A stretch of 64,000 bases of DNA from Andalucia godoyi And28 (Eukaryota > Protista > Jakobida), in assembly GCA_009859145.1 (NCBI GenBank), contig VRVR01000022.1, positions 124,001 through 188,000 on the forward strand. The letters run 5' to 3'. The position numbers and the translations under genes were made by a program. Of the stretch, positions 53,143 through 62,496 are shown one piece after another (position 1 is the first letter of the stretch; each line of letters begins with the position of its first letter). Under the pieces are notes generated by a model that saw nothing but the letters and a program-made list of their open reading frames with translations, had not been told where the DNA came from and made no database searches.

Positions 53143-54246
53143 ATGACCAGTCTCCCGTTTACGCCTGAAACGGAGGTGGTGTATGAGTTTTTTCTTGCGA
53201 TTCGTGAGATTTGCGAAGCCAAGTTCCGGGATGTCCCCGAGGTGTTTTACAATCCGCGGACCTTCATCGAGAGGTCTGGGTGGGGCCGCAAGTTTGGGTA
53301 TTCTCAAGATGCAAGTGCGTTGAAACGGCGCTACTTCTCCCTGGTTGAGAAGGAGGTGTTGTACTTTGCGTCGGACTCTCATGCAGGAAAGACGAAAAAG
53401 GCAAAGGGGACGATCAAGCTCGATTCGTTTACAACGTGCTTCCGGGTCAATATGGGAGAGCCTTTGCAGCTTGACGCGCTGGCCAAGCGAAAAGGGAGCG
53501 CAGAAGGACCAAATGGTCTTCGAATACGCGTGCCATCCGAATGCAGATCATACTACATATTTTTCGACCAGCCGGAAGATCGAGACTTTTTCCACGACGG
53601 AATCTGCTTCAACATTGAAAAGATCCGAACAGCAGACGAAACGTTTATTGAATGTGCGCTGAAGCATTTGGCAAATGCATCTGAATTTATCAAGCTGGAA
53701 AAGGACGCAGCGGGACTGGTGACGCGGATGAAGTGTGCACTGAGGCTTCGCATGCTTCCGTTCAAACCAGCCGAAGAAGACAACGGGCCGCAGGCTTGTG
53801 CCTTCCGTGCGATCCGACTTGGGAAATACGACATTTTCCAGGCCGAGTTTGTGTCGCACGCAAATCAAGACCTGGATCCATCCGAGTACATTCTCGGCGG
53901 AACGACGTACCTTTTAGAGCTCATATCGTTCAATTTGCGCTCGGAAACTGCGCTCAGTTGGTTTCTGGACTCGTACGATGTCAATGTCAACCAGCCCCAT
54001 CACGTGACGAAGGACACAGCGTTGCTTAGAGCAGTCCAGATCGGGCACGTGGAGCTCGTGAAGATTCTCTTGTCGTACGGTGCTGACGTCAATCTTGCAA
54101 ACAAGTTTGGCGAGTCACCCATGTCCGAGGCATATGTCCCCGAAATTCAGGCACTCCTCAGAACACCACCAGCAAGCCCTCCAAAAAGAACTGGCGCAAA
54201 GATTAACCACCACAAGATGATGTTTAGAGGCTCCATGCGTGTTTGA
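53143..54246 (+). CDS. PH-domain + ankyrin-repeat protein
   Basis: KRRYFSL....LYF...KG.I.L PH core; TALLRAVQIGHVELVKILLSYGADVN ankyrin repeat. Confidence 0.8.
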   Translation: MTSLPFTPETEVVYEFFLAIREICEAKFRDVPEVFYNPRTFIERSGWGRKFGYSQDASALKRRYFSLVEKEVLYFASDSHAGKTKKAKGTIKLDSFTTCFRVNMGEPLQLDALAKRKGSAEGPNGLRIRVPSECRSYYIFFDQPEDRDFFHDGICFNIEKIRTADETFIECALKHLANASEFIKLEKDAAGLVTRMKCALRLRMLPFKPAEEDNGPQACAFRAIRLGKYDIFQAEFVSHANQDLDPSEYILGGTTYLLELISFNLRSETALSWFLDSYDVNVNQPHHVTKDTALLRAVQIGHVELVKILLSYGADVNLANKFGESPMSEAYVPEIQALLRTPPASPPKRTGAKINHHKMMFRGSMRV

Positions 54247-54504
54247 ACATTTGAAGATGTTTGGGAACGGAGTGCACTGGAGGAAGGGACCAGGGGATGC
54301 TGGATCTGAACGACTCTGCCCAGTGATCGATCATCGATTAAACGACATTTTAAAGAAATACTAAGATAGAATACATTGAGGAGGTTGTTACAAGTTGTTT
54401 GCGTTTGCTGCCGTTTGTTTCTTATTTTGCCGAGTTCAGCTCGGTCAAACCGGGCCTCGCGTCCCCCGAAAAGTCCTTTGTCCAGGACTCCAGGCAACGG
54501 GCAA

Positions 54505-54893
54505 CGCCTACATTATACACTGAACATGCATATCTACGGATGGTCGTGCATATTCAATCTTGCATCCCGTTGCCGGGAAGGGGATAGGGCCCCAACACGC
54601 CTCACGGCGCTCTTCAGATAGATGTTCCGCGCTCCGTTCCCAATCTCGATCAATCGGTGAGCCACTTTCTCAGCGTGACACGTTGTTCCTGAGAAGGGTG
54701 CATTTTTTGATTCTGACGGCACTAGCAGTAGGTGTAGTGACACGTGGTCTCTTAGTAGGTCTGCGGGACCTAGGAGGCCCTGTATCACGAATTCTTGTGA
54801 AGCAAACGAGCTGGTGTCGGCGACTGCTAACCGTGTCTGTTTATGGATACTTCCGTATATGCATGACAATGACGTATTATTATTAACCAGCGG
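54505..54893 (-). mobile_element. non-autonomous IS607/Fanzor2-derived element, subfamily A (389 bp)
   Basis: shared termini; RIKKMHPSQEQRVTLRKWL and NGARNIYLKSAV remnants; larger left-internal deletion. Confidence 0.9.
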
Positions 54894-55327
54894 TCCTCTC
54901 TCCCCTGCTTTTTGCTCGCTTCACAATAATTTTTTTCTTCTGACATTTGACGTATGTTTTTTAGGGCGCACCGGGTAAAAATCGTAAGAGCAGTTTATTG
55001 GGAAGGTGCCACGGCACAGTCCTGTCGGTTCTCATCACGTATCTGATTTTGGGGTTTGTCGCTGACGAAAATAAAGAGAGGAAAACCTGCCGAAGTCCGA
55101 ACCCGAAGTCATTCATTTGATTTTATAAATTTTTTTGGATTTGAATGTACAGTACCATTCCGAGGCTTTCATTTTCCAGCTTACTTTTCAGTCTCCGTGT
55201 TTTTTTGCACCATTGTTTTTTATCATTAAGTTGTGAAGACGCTCCCGCGCGCGTGTTTGTGGAATCCCTCGAGGTGGTCTAGGAATCTTTTGTTTGAGAG
55301 GGATTTCGCAGCAGGCAAGGAGGAGGG

Positions 55328-58312
55328 ATGGCGAGGGATGCAGCTTCTGCGGATATTGCGGAATTGCTAAAGATCCAGCCTCCGAATGTGCATTCGCGCA
55401 ATGAAGCGTATTCGCTTGGCACATACGGAAAGAAGTACGGTTGGAAAGACCACAAAAGCCCGTCTCGTCGATACTTTGTGCTCTATCCGAACGAAATCGC
55501 ATATTTTGCGTCGGAAAAGGATGTTTCAGCAGGGAAATCGGGGAAGGAGTCAAAGGCCAAAGGCTCAATTCCTCTCGAATTATTTGGGACATGCTTCAAG
55601 GTGAATGCTGACGAGCCTGTTGCTGTAGACACCTTTCAGAATGCGGCTTCGGCTCGATCAATCCGTACTCCCCAGATTGGAATCCGTGTTCGCGTTCCTT
55701 CGGTCAAGCGCACGTTTTACATTTTCCTCGAGTCTGTCCAAGAAAGAGAGGCGTGGTTTGTTGCAGTTCAGTTCAATCTCGAATGGCTGCGATTTCAGAC
55801 GAAAGATTTTGTAGACCGCGCCCTTGATCAGTACGTTTCGGACCCGTCCGTTTCTGCAAAGGAAGCAAAGATTGCAAAAGTCAAGCTTCGATACAGGTTT
55901 CGAATACGTCCCGATGAGACCGATCCGCGTGCTGCGTACATTGCGCAGAAGAAGCTGCTTCTCGGAGAGTACGATCACTTTCGAGCAATGGTTGTATCTG
56001 TACAGGATTTGGATGCGGACATGTATCTCGCCGGAGGTTCGACGTTCCTGTTCGATATTGTTTCGACCACTACTCAGTCGCACGATGTAGTGCAGTGGTT
56101 TTTAGAGCACTTTCACGTCAGTGTTAACCAGCCTCATTTGACGACCAAGGACACTCCCTTGCTCAAGGCTGTTCAACTGGGCAACGTGGATACAGTCCGC
56201 GTGTTGCTAGACTACGGCGCAGATCGCGCGTTGACGAATATTTATGGAGAATCTGCCGCTTCAGAGTCTTTGGGTGACGAGCTGCTGAGAAATCTGCTGC
56301 GTCAGTACACTCCTGCTGTCAAACCGTCAGGGTCTCTTTCTTCAAGGCCTAAGAAGGAGGCTGCTCCAGTCGACAATGCCAAACAACCAGCAATCTCGCC
56401 CGCGCGACCAGCCAACGTGATTGACAGGGTTCCTCACAGGCTGGTTTCCGAGCAGGACCTAATCTCTCGAATAGATCACATTGTTGACTTTTTTATTGAT
56501 TCCTGTGAAGACAAGATGGCGCGGGATGGATTTCGAGATGCAAGCGCAATCCAATTGCTGACTTCGATCTGCTACCGTTCCAAATCTGTGGACTCGAAAG
56601 TGATCTCGGTAGTTATGTCGCACTTGGCACGAATTGTGGATGTTGCACCGCTTGATTTTCTTTCTTCCGAGGCTGTGCACGAGCCGCTGTCGAAGACCCT
56701 GTTCCATCTCATATCGAGTACCTCTTTTCGCGCATCGTTTCCCGCTGACCTGAGCCAGCTGCTGTCGTCGTTCGCAACAAGGTTGTATAAGGACCAAAGC
56801 TTGCTTGTCGTGCTCATGGCAAGTGACCATCGGTCACCGAATGCGTTCCCATTGTTTACAGGCCTGGTTCGTCTGTTCAACCAGCCCAACATCTTCTTTT
56901 CGACCACGTACTTTGAGCGACTCACCTCTAGTTTTGAAAGAATCCTCGCTCTTCCGCAGCGCATGGTGTCCGAATTTGTCGTTCACGAAACGCAGTTTTC
57001 AGAGATCACTGTCTCGCATCTGGAATCATTTCTGCAGCGCCTGACTGCACAGAAGTTTGTCAACGTGACCAAAGAAGACGACGCGTTCAGGACTGCCTTT
57101 TTCAATTACTTGCGGTTCCTCGATAAGCTGTTCTTCAGAGGCCACAATCTCCTCCTGCTGCAGCTGCGGGAAGCTGTTGTGCAGTGCCTCATGACCGCCT
57201 TTTCCTTCCTTCGCGACATTGTCAGAAACAATGCGTTGGACGCCGAGAGTGTCCATCTGTTAGAGCACTCGATCCGTTTTCTCTGCGAAATTGCGATATG
57301 TATTGAGTCGAATCCTTTTCTCGAACTCTTTGCAGAGGTCCTTTTTGGCTCACGAAATGACCAGGAAAATTGTGTTTTCTTTTGCTTGTCTTCTGGCCCG
57401 GAGCCACTGTGTCTTGCTGCTCTTGATCTTCTGCACGTCTTCGTGGACCGTGCGTCCGATGTGGTTTTGGACCTCCTCATTGGCCGATTCTTTGTGGATG
57501 TTCCGTTTCTTGTAGGCGGGACTTCCCAAGCAGACCTGTTTTCAATCGCAAACACTGCAGCGTGGGAATCTGCATTTCCGTGTGTTTTTGACGAGCCCGA
57601 CGGGCTGGGACAGTATGAAATCGACACTCGGCTGAAGGTAATTGAGTATTGCAAAGCTCTCAGTGTCATTCAAACACAATCTGTTGATCGGGGCCGAATG
57701 ACGTCTAGACACCGCGCTTCGCTGCACCGGTCGTCCTTTGCCGTACCGTCTGCCGACCTGTGCTTTTTCAAGATGTCCGACAAGGTGTCGACCGGAAAGA
57801 TGTGTCCTTTGTTGGCTCATTTATTTGGACGCCTGCAGTCGTTTGTTGTCAACACTCCAGTCATCAACATTCGGTTGACTGGCATTATCTCACAACTTGC
57901 AATGATCCCGTATCCTCCTCTTGTGGGATTTCTGCTTGCTTGCAAGCTGAAGCTGTCCGACGAGTGGAAATCCCTCTACTCCATCATCAGCGGCCTTACA
58001 AAGCACTTTCAGTCCGACAGTCGGTTTTCCGAGGCAAGGACGAAACTGCCTTTGATGTTTGGTGCTCTCGGCATCGACTCGAGGCACACTGCAGATCCGA
58101 CTTCTCCGCAGTCGAGCTACGATACACTCATTGACGATGTCCCCGAGAGCGCAAGCCTCAATCCGGAGGACGCCCTGTATCAAAAGTCGTTTTTCGTGCA
58201 GCTGTCCATCCTACTGGAATTCCGCAGAGAACTGCTGTCCGTTCTGAATTCCTGGCACGAGATCGACATTTGGCAAACCCAGTTGAATGCCATGTCAACA
58301 AAGTACCAGTGA
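55328..58312 (+). CDS. PH-ankyrin / FHIP (FAM160/RAI16-like) fusion protein
   Basis: N-terminal ~330 aa collinear with the 53143-54246 protein; C-terminus has FHIP-like NIRLTGIISQLAMIPYP and ILLEFRRELL. Confidence 0.72.
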   Translation: MARDAASADIAELLKIQPPNVHSRNEAYSLGTYGKKYGWKDHKSPSRRYFVLYPNEIAYFASEKDVSAGKSGKESKAKGSIPLELFGTCFKVNADEPVAVDTFQNAASARSIRTPQIGIRVRVPSVKRTFYIFLESVQEREAWFVAVQFNLEWLRFQTKDFVDRALDQYVSDPSVSAKEAKIAKVKLRYRFRIRPDETDPRAAYIAQKKLLLGEYDHFRAMVVSVQDLDADMYLAGGSTFLFDIVSTTTQSHDVVQWFLEHFHVSVNQPHLTTKDTPLLKAVQLGNVDTVRVLLDYGADRALTNIYGESAASESLGDELLRNLLRQYTPAVKPSGSLSSRPKKEAAPVDNAKQPAISPARPANVIDRVPHRLVSEQDLISRIDHIVDFFIDSCEDKMARDGFRDASAIQLLTSICYRSKSVDSKVISVVMSHLARIVDVAPLDFLSSEAVHEPLSKTLFHLISSTSFRASFPADLSQLLSSFATRLYKDQSLLVVLMASDHRSPNAFPLFTGLVRLFNQPNIFFSTTYFERLTSSFERILALPQRMVSEFVVHETQFSEITVSHLESFLQRLTAQKFVNVTKEDDAFRTAFFNYLRFLDKLFFRGHNLLLLQLREAVVQCLMTAFSFLRDIVRNNALDAESVHLLEHSIRFLCEIAICIESNPFLELFAEVLFGSRNDQENCVFFCLSSGPEPLCLAALDLLHVFVDRASDVVLDLLIGRFFVDVPFLVGGTSQADLFSIANTAAWESAFPCVFDEPDGLGQYEIDTRLKVIEYCKALSVIQTQSVDRGRMTSRHRASLHRSSFAVPSADLCFFKMSDKVSTGKMCPLLAHLFGRLQSFVVNTPVINIRLTGIISQLAMIPYPPLVGFLLACKLKLSDEWKSLYSIISGLTKHFQSDSRFSEARTKLPLMFGALGIDSRHTADPTSPQSSYDTLIDDVPESASLNPEDALYQKSFFVQLSILLEFRRELLSVLNSWHEIDIWQTQLNAMSTKYQ

Positions 58313-58381
58313 GGGTGGTGTTTTTTTTTTTTTTTTTGGCGATTACGATGAGCACATTGCATTTTTCTTTCAGGGAGTGCG

Positions 58382-59179
58382 TTACGCACGGACCAGTCTC
58401 CACCACTCCAGCACTTGTCCTTCGTCCTCCGAGGGGCGAAGAAGAGAAAACGCTGCTTCCCCTATACTTTGCATTTGTGGATTGGGGTACGGACGTCCGT
58501 GTTTCTCAAAGTTGGCACGAACGATCTGCTTACGAGGATCGTTCATTTCGATTTCCCTCTTCACAAACGACTCTTTCGGTTGTAAAAGCACGTAAATGAC
58601 GGACTCCTCTCCAAATGCGTGTCTTGCATGCGTTGGTGGATAGACAGGTGAAGAGGCAAAGACGTTTGCAAAAAAGGTGAATTGCCCAAACGACAACATC
58701 CAGGTCGTTGGTGAGGTGAGACCGTTTGCTAAATTCCGCATGCAATTAAACGAGGGACCGCACGGGTCGTGATCACAGAGTAAAGTCAAGAATTCCACAA
58801 CGCTTTTCTGAAACACCGACGCGGATGAGACGAAATCCGGGTTCGAAAGCTCGATCACAATCGCATCGACGGACAGCGGGTCCTGAGCAAGCTCTTGCAA
58901 AGCCTCCTTGAAAGAAGGAAGAACGTAATTCACCACACAATCCTTCAAAGACGCATGCTTCGGACACTCTGCACAGCACAGAACCTTGTGTGCGGTTCTT
59001 GCGAAAATGCAATGCGTGGTTGCGATCACGCGTTCGCGGAAGCGTCGCAGGACTCTTCTCTTGGAACCGCTCGCGAAAGTACTTCCAATTCCATCTCGCT
59101 TCAGGAACCCTCCAATTCCAAGAGGAACCGCAACCAGAAGAACAGTCCAAAGCATCGTCCATAACTGCTCATTCACCAT
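58382..59179 (-). CDS. YqcI/YcgG-family-like protein with N-terminal TM helix
   Basis: HCIFARTA, WMLSFGQFTFF...P.YP..HARH, LLQP..SF resemble the bacterial YqcI/YcgG pattern. Confidence 0.55.
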   Translation of the reverse strand: MVNEQLWTMLWTVLLVAVPLGIGGFLKRDGIGSTFASGSKRRVLRRFRERVIATTHCIFARTAHKVLCCAECPKHASLKDCVVNYVLPSFKEALQELAQDPLSVDAIVIELSNPDFVSSASVFQKSVVEFLTLLCDHDPCGPSFNCMRNLANGLTSPTTWMLSFGQFTFFANVFASSPVYPPTHARHAFGEESVIYVLLQPKESFVKREIEMNDPRKQIVRANFEKHGRPYPNPQMQSIGEAAFSLLRPSEDEGQVLEWWRLVRA

Positions 59180-59480
59180 TACGAACGAACGAACGAACGA
59201 ACGAACCACACAAATCCGTCAAAGATCCCGAAACCATAATCGTTGCGCAGCTGCAGAAAACCCAAAAACAAAAGGAGAGAGAGAGAGAGAGAGAGAGAGC
59301 AACTCTTCAATGCACGGGAACGGAAACGAGTTGAGCCTATCGGTAGCATCACATACAGCAAAGTCAAAGACAGAGGAAGCATATTTGGGGAAAACTCCAA
59401 TTTTTCAATTTGGATTTGGATTTGGATGTGGATTGATGAGATAATGGCTGACACATCCCCAACCCAACTGGCAACCGTCC

Positions 59481-61115
59481 ATGTGCGGAATAGCAGCTGT
59501 GATTCGACTGAGGCACGGAACGAAATGCAACTTGGAATGTTCGACGCTTCCAGAACGCTGTGTGGCGGACAGTCATATTCAAGAGATGATTGGTCCTCGA
59601 GGAACGGATTGCTTTTCAAAGTTTTCGCACAACCGCTCTTCTTTCCAAAACGCAAGCTTCACGTCGATTGACCTGTACGGTGCGTTGTTGAGCCTACGAG
59701 GACCACTGACTCCGATTCCTGTGCACGTTGGAGACGACTATACATTGCTTTGGAACGGAGAAGTGTTCCGCGGTGTGGAGGTTCAAAAGACGGAGAATGA
59801 CACGGTGTTACTTGCCGCAGCGCTCGCGAATGCAATGCAATCCTCGAATCCAGACGAGACTTCGATCTTGATGAATGTATTCTCGACGATCGAAGGTCCG
59901 TTTGCATTCGTCTTCTTGAATCGCAAGACTGGCACTGTTTGCTTCGGAAGAGATCCGCTCGGTCGCAGAAGCCTGACCTTTGGATACGACCCGTCGTCTG
60001 GACTGCTTGCTATCAGTTCCGTGTCGCTCCACATAGAATCTCCCTTTTTTGAATTTCCAGTTGGTGTTCTTGGTGTTATTCCAGGTAATTCTTCCACTGT
60101 TAACCTTGTCCCTCGACTTGCCTATGCCCCGACACTTGCTCTGCTGCCCGCATCCGCCCCGGCCTTGTCTGCGCTGTCTACTATACTGTTTGATTCTGTG
60201 AAGCGTCGAATTGAGAACATTCCCAAACCACCATTGTACTCTTCCTTTTCGCCATGCCGCGTTGCAATCTTGTTTAGCGGGGGAATTGACTGCACTGTTC
60301 TTGCACTGCTTGTGCATCAGTGTCTGGACGACGCAGATGGCATTGATTTGCTCAATGTCAGCTTTTCTGAGCCGTGCTTTGATGCTGCGCCCGATCGACA
60401 GACCGCCGTAGAATCGATGCAAGAACTTCAGTCTGTGGCCCCAAACAGATCATTTCGATTGATCCGCGTGAACGTGTCGAGGACAGACCTGTCGCAGCAT
60501 ACCAAGCGCGTTTTTGACTTGATTTCTCCTCGTCACACGCTGTTGGATTTCAATCTGGCGACTGCATTGTACTTTGCCGCACGGGGAGAAGGTATTGGAG
60601 ATTCCGGACTGGCCGTCAAGACGAGCGCTCGAGTCCTCATCTCCGGTTTGGGCGCAGATGAACTGTTTGGCGGCTACGGGAGGCACAGAAAGGCGTTTGT
60701 ACGAGGTGGCGAAGAGCTGCTCAGAAAGGAGATGGAAATGGACATGTGTCGCTTGTGGATTCGGAATCTAGGACGAGATGACCGTATCATGTCTGAGCAT
60801 GCAAAGGAAGTTCGATTTCCATTCTTGGATTTGGACGTTATCGCGACTTGCAGACGCATTCCGCTTCATGAAATCTGTGACATGACCATGAAACCGGGAT
60901 TTGGAGACAAGATGATACTGCGCAAGTTCGCAGAGCAACTTGGGTTGGCGAAGTCCGCGCGACTTGTGAAGCGCGCCCTTCAGTTTGGCTCTCGCATATC
61001 TAAAGTGTCGCATCCGAAAGCAGAGGGCGATTACCTCGTTCAGCTCACAGCGGATGGACTGTCGACTGTGGTTACGAACGTTCGTCGAAGAGATGACGAT
61101 GATGCTGACGGATGA
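59481..61115 (+). CDS. ASNSD1: asparagine synthetase domain-containing protein
   Basis: MCGI, RG.D, LLWNGE, GRDPLGRRSL, LFSGGIDC, SGLGADELFGGY.RH, RNLGRDDR, RFPFLD. Confidence 0.93.
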   Translation: MCGIAAVIRLRHGTKCNLECSTLPERCVADSHIQEMIGPRGTDCFSKFSHNRSSFQNASFTSIDLYGALLSLRGPLTPIPVHVGDDYTLLWNGEVFRGVEVQKTENDTVLLAAALANAMQSSNPDETSILMNVFSTIEGPFAFVFLNRKTGTVCFGRDPLGRRSLTFGYDPSSGLLAISSVSLHIESPFFEFPVGVLGVIPGNSSTVNLVPRLAYAPTLALLPASAPALSALSTILFDSVKRRIENIPKPPLYSSFSPCRVAILFSGGIDCTVLALLVHQCLDDADGIDLLNVSFSEPCFDAAPDRQTAVESMQELQSVAPNRSFRLIRVNVSRTDLSQHTKRVFDLISPRHTLLDFNLATALYFAARGEGIGDSGLAVKTSARVLISGLGADELFGGYGRHRKAFVRGGEELLRKEMEMDMCRLWIRNLGRDDRIMSEHAKEVRFPFLDLDVIATCRRIPLHEICDMTMKPGFGDKMILRKFAEQLGLAKSARLVKRALQFGSRISKVSHPKAEGDYLVQLTADGLSTVVTNVRRRDDDDADG

Positions 61116-61198
61116 TGAGGGCATGCCATGAATTGAATGTATACTCGAGCATTCGTGTGCGTGCCCAGGAAAAAGGCTGCTGAAAAAAAACAGTCTGC

Positions 61199-62212
61199 TT
61201 ACCGGTTGCCTTTTTCACGGATGCACTGCTGCCCTTTGTCCTGCGGCGTGCACTCCTGACAAACAAATCCATAGTTGACCTCCAAGAAGGCTGGTCGATG
61301 TGCTTGGGTTTCGTCCATGTAGTCAATCGTGATTTCCGTGTCAGGATCAATATCCCGCGTTGCCTTCACAGCAACCATGCTCCCCAAGTCTGGATTGAAT
61401 TCCAGAGTTGCCGATGGGTTGCACGAATGGTTCAAGTAAGATGTCATTGCATACAACGCCGACCCAATGCGCACTCTTCCAACTGCATTCGCTGCCCCAT
61501 TTTGCATAATAGGAACGTTGTACGAAACCGAGACGGCATTCAAGTTGAGCGTAGTCATCATTCGGCAGTACCAGTCGAGCGTAAATGCCTCTTTCGCTTC
61601 TTGGAACAATGAAGTGAGATCGTTATGCAATCCTCGTTTTTCCAGTTTTCCGAGGAAAGTCTCTGATTTCCCGAACAAATCCTTGTAAAATCGAGCAAAA
61701 TCTGCAGAAAATGCTGTCCGTTGTGCTTCATGCAGGTTGGCGTACACAAGATTAGAGACCGGAGCGGCCTGCCATGCTCCTGCAAGACGAGTGCTTCCGT
61801 TCCCAACCGGAGATCCCTGCTGCACGTCACATTTCGATTTTGAATCTTTTAGAACGTCGCGAATCATGTGGAATGCAATATTCTTGGCGAGAACGGGGAA
61901 CAATCGTCCTCTTTTTCGAGCAATCGCTTCCGTTTCATGCGACAAAGGAACCTGTAAACCATAATACTTCTTCCAATCTGCCTGCAAACGACCCTCAAGC
62001 GACCCCGACCCACACGGCCCCTGGTTTGCACACGCCGGACAAGTGCTCCGCGAAAGCTGGAGAACACGCATGCAACCAGCGCACGCAAACGTTGGGTCTA
62101 CAACCGCAGATACAAATGGCTGTTCTCCCCAAATCAAGCTGCCTTTTCGCACAAACTCGGTAGTAAAAACTCCTCGACCACGACTCGCTGTGCTCTGAAC
62201 ACTGACGACCAT
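61199..62212 (-). CDS. SET/MYND-like (SMYD) lysine methyltransferase
   Basis: GRGVFTTE...G..I..EQP, C..C, SYLNHSCNPSA, ATRDI....EITIDY, FVC..C. Confidence 0.85.
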   Translation of the reverse strand: MVVSVQSTASRGRGVFTTEFVRKGSLIWGEQPFVSAVVDPTFACAGCMRVLQLSRSTCPACANQGPCGSGSLEGRLQADWKKYYGLQVPLSHETEAIARKRGRLFPVLAKNIAFHMIRDVLKDSKSKCDVQQGSPVGNGSTRLAGAWQAAPVSNLVYANLHEAQRTAFSADFARFYKDLFGKSETFLGKLEKRGLHNDLTSLFQEAKEAFTLDWYCRMMTTLNLNAVSVSYNVPIMQNGAANAVGRVRIGSALYAMTSYLNHSCNPSATLEFNPDLGSMVAVKATRDIDPDTEITIDYMDETQAHRPAFLEVNYGFVCQECTPQDKGQQCIREKGNR

Positions 62213-62496
62213 TTCCTTCTCCCTCGTTCCCCCTCGATTCAACGTGGCCACACACTCTACACCATCTCCTGTGTGTTTTCACGCTTGGCAGTTTTGCACG
62301 AAAAGCAGATGAAATTATTCGGACCACCCGCAATCGTCATCCGTCGACATTTGAGTAAGTTGATGCAAAGCCTTTTCTGGCCTTTTCCCGCCGCCACTTT
62401 GAGACGAAAGACGGAGTTACGTTTACCGGTCTTCTTCTTTTCACAAATCTCTTTCAAAAAATACACACATACGCGCGCGCGAGAGAGAGAGAGAGA

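Noticed and set aside
54493-54504. The 54-kb guide (TTGCCCGTTGCC) is complementary to GGCAACGGG in the scaffold's own hairpin
   Set aside because: Only a 9-nt match in one of six copies, compatible with chance
24607-54893. Helitron or TIR-MITE interpretation of the repeat family
   Set aside because: No 5'-TC / 3'-CTRR termini, A|T insertion does not hold for subfamily B, no terminal inverted repeats or TSDs; the coding remnants are IS607/Fanzor
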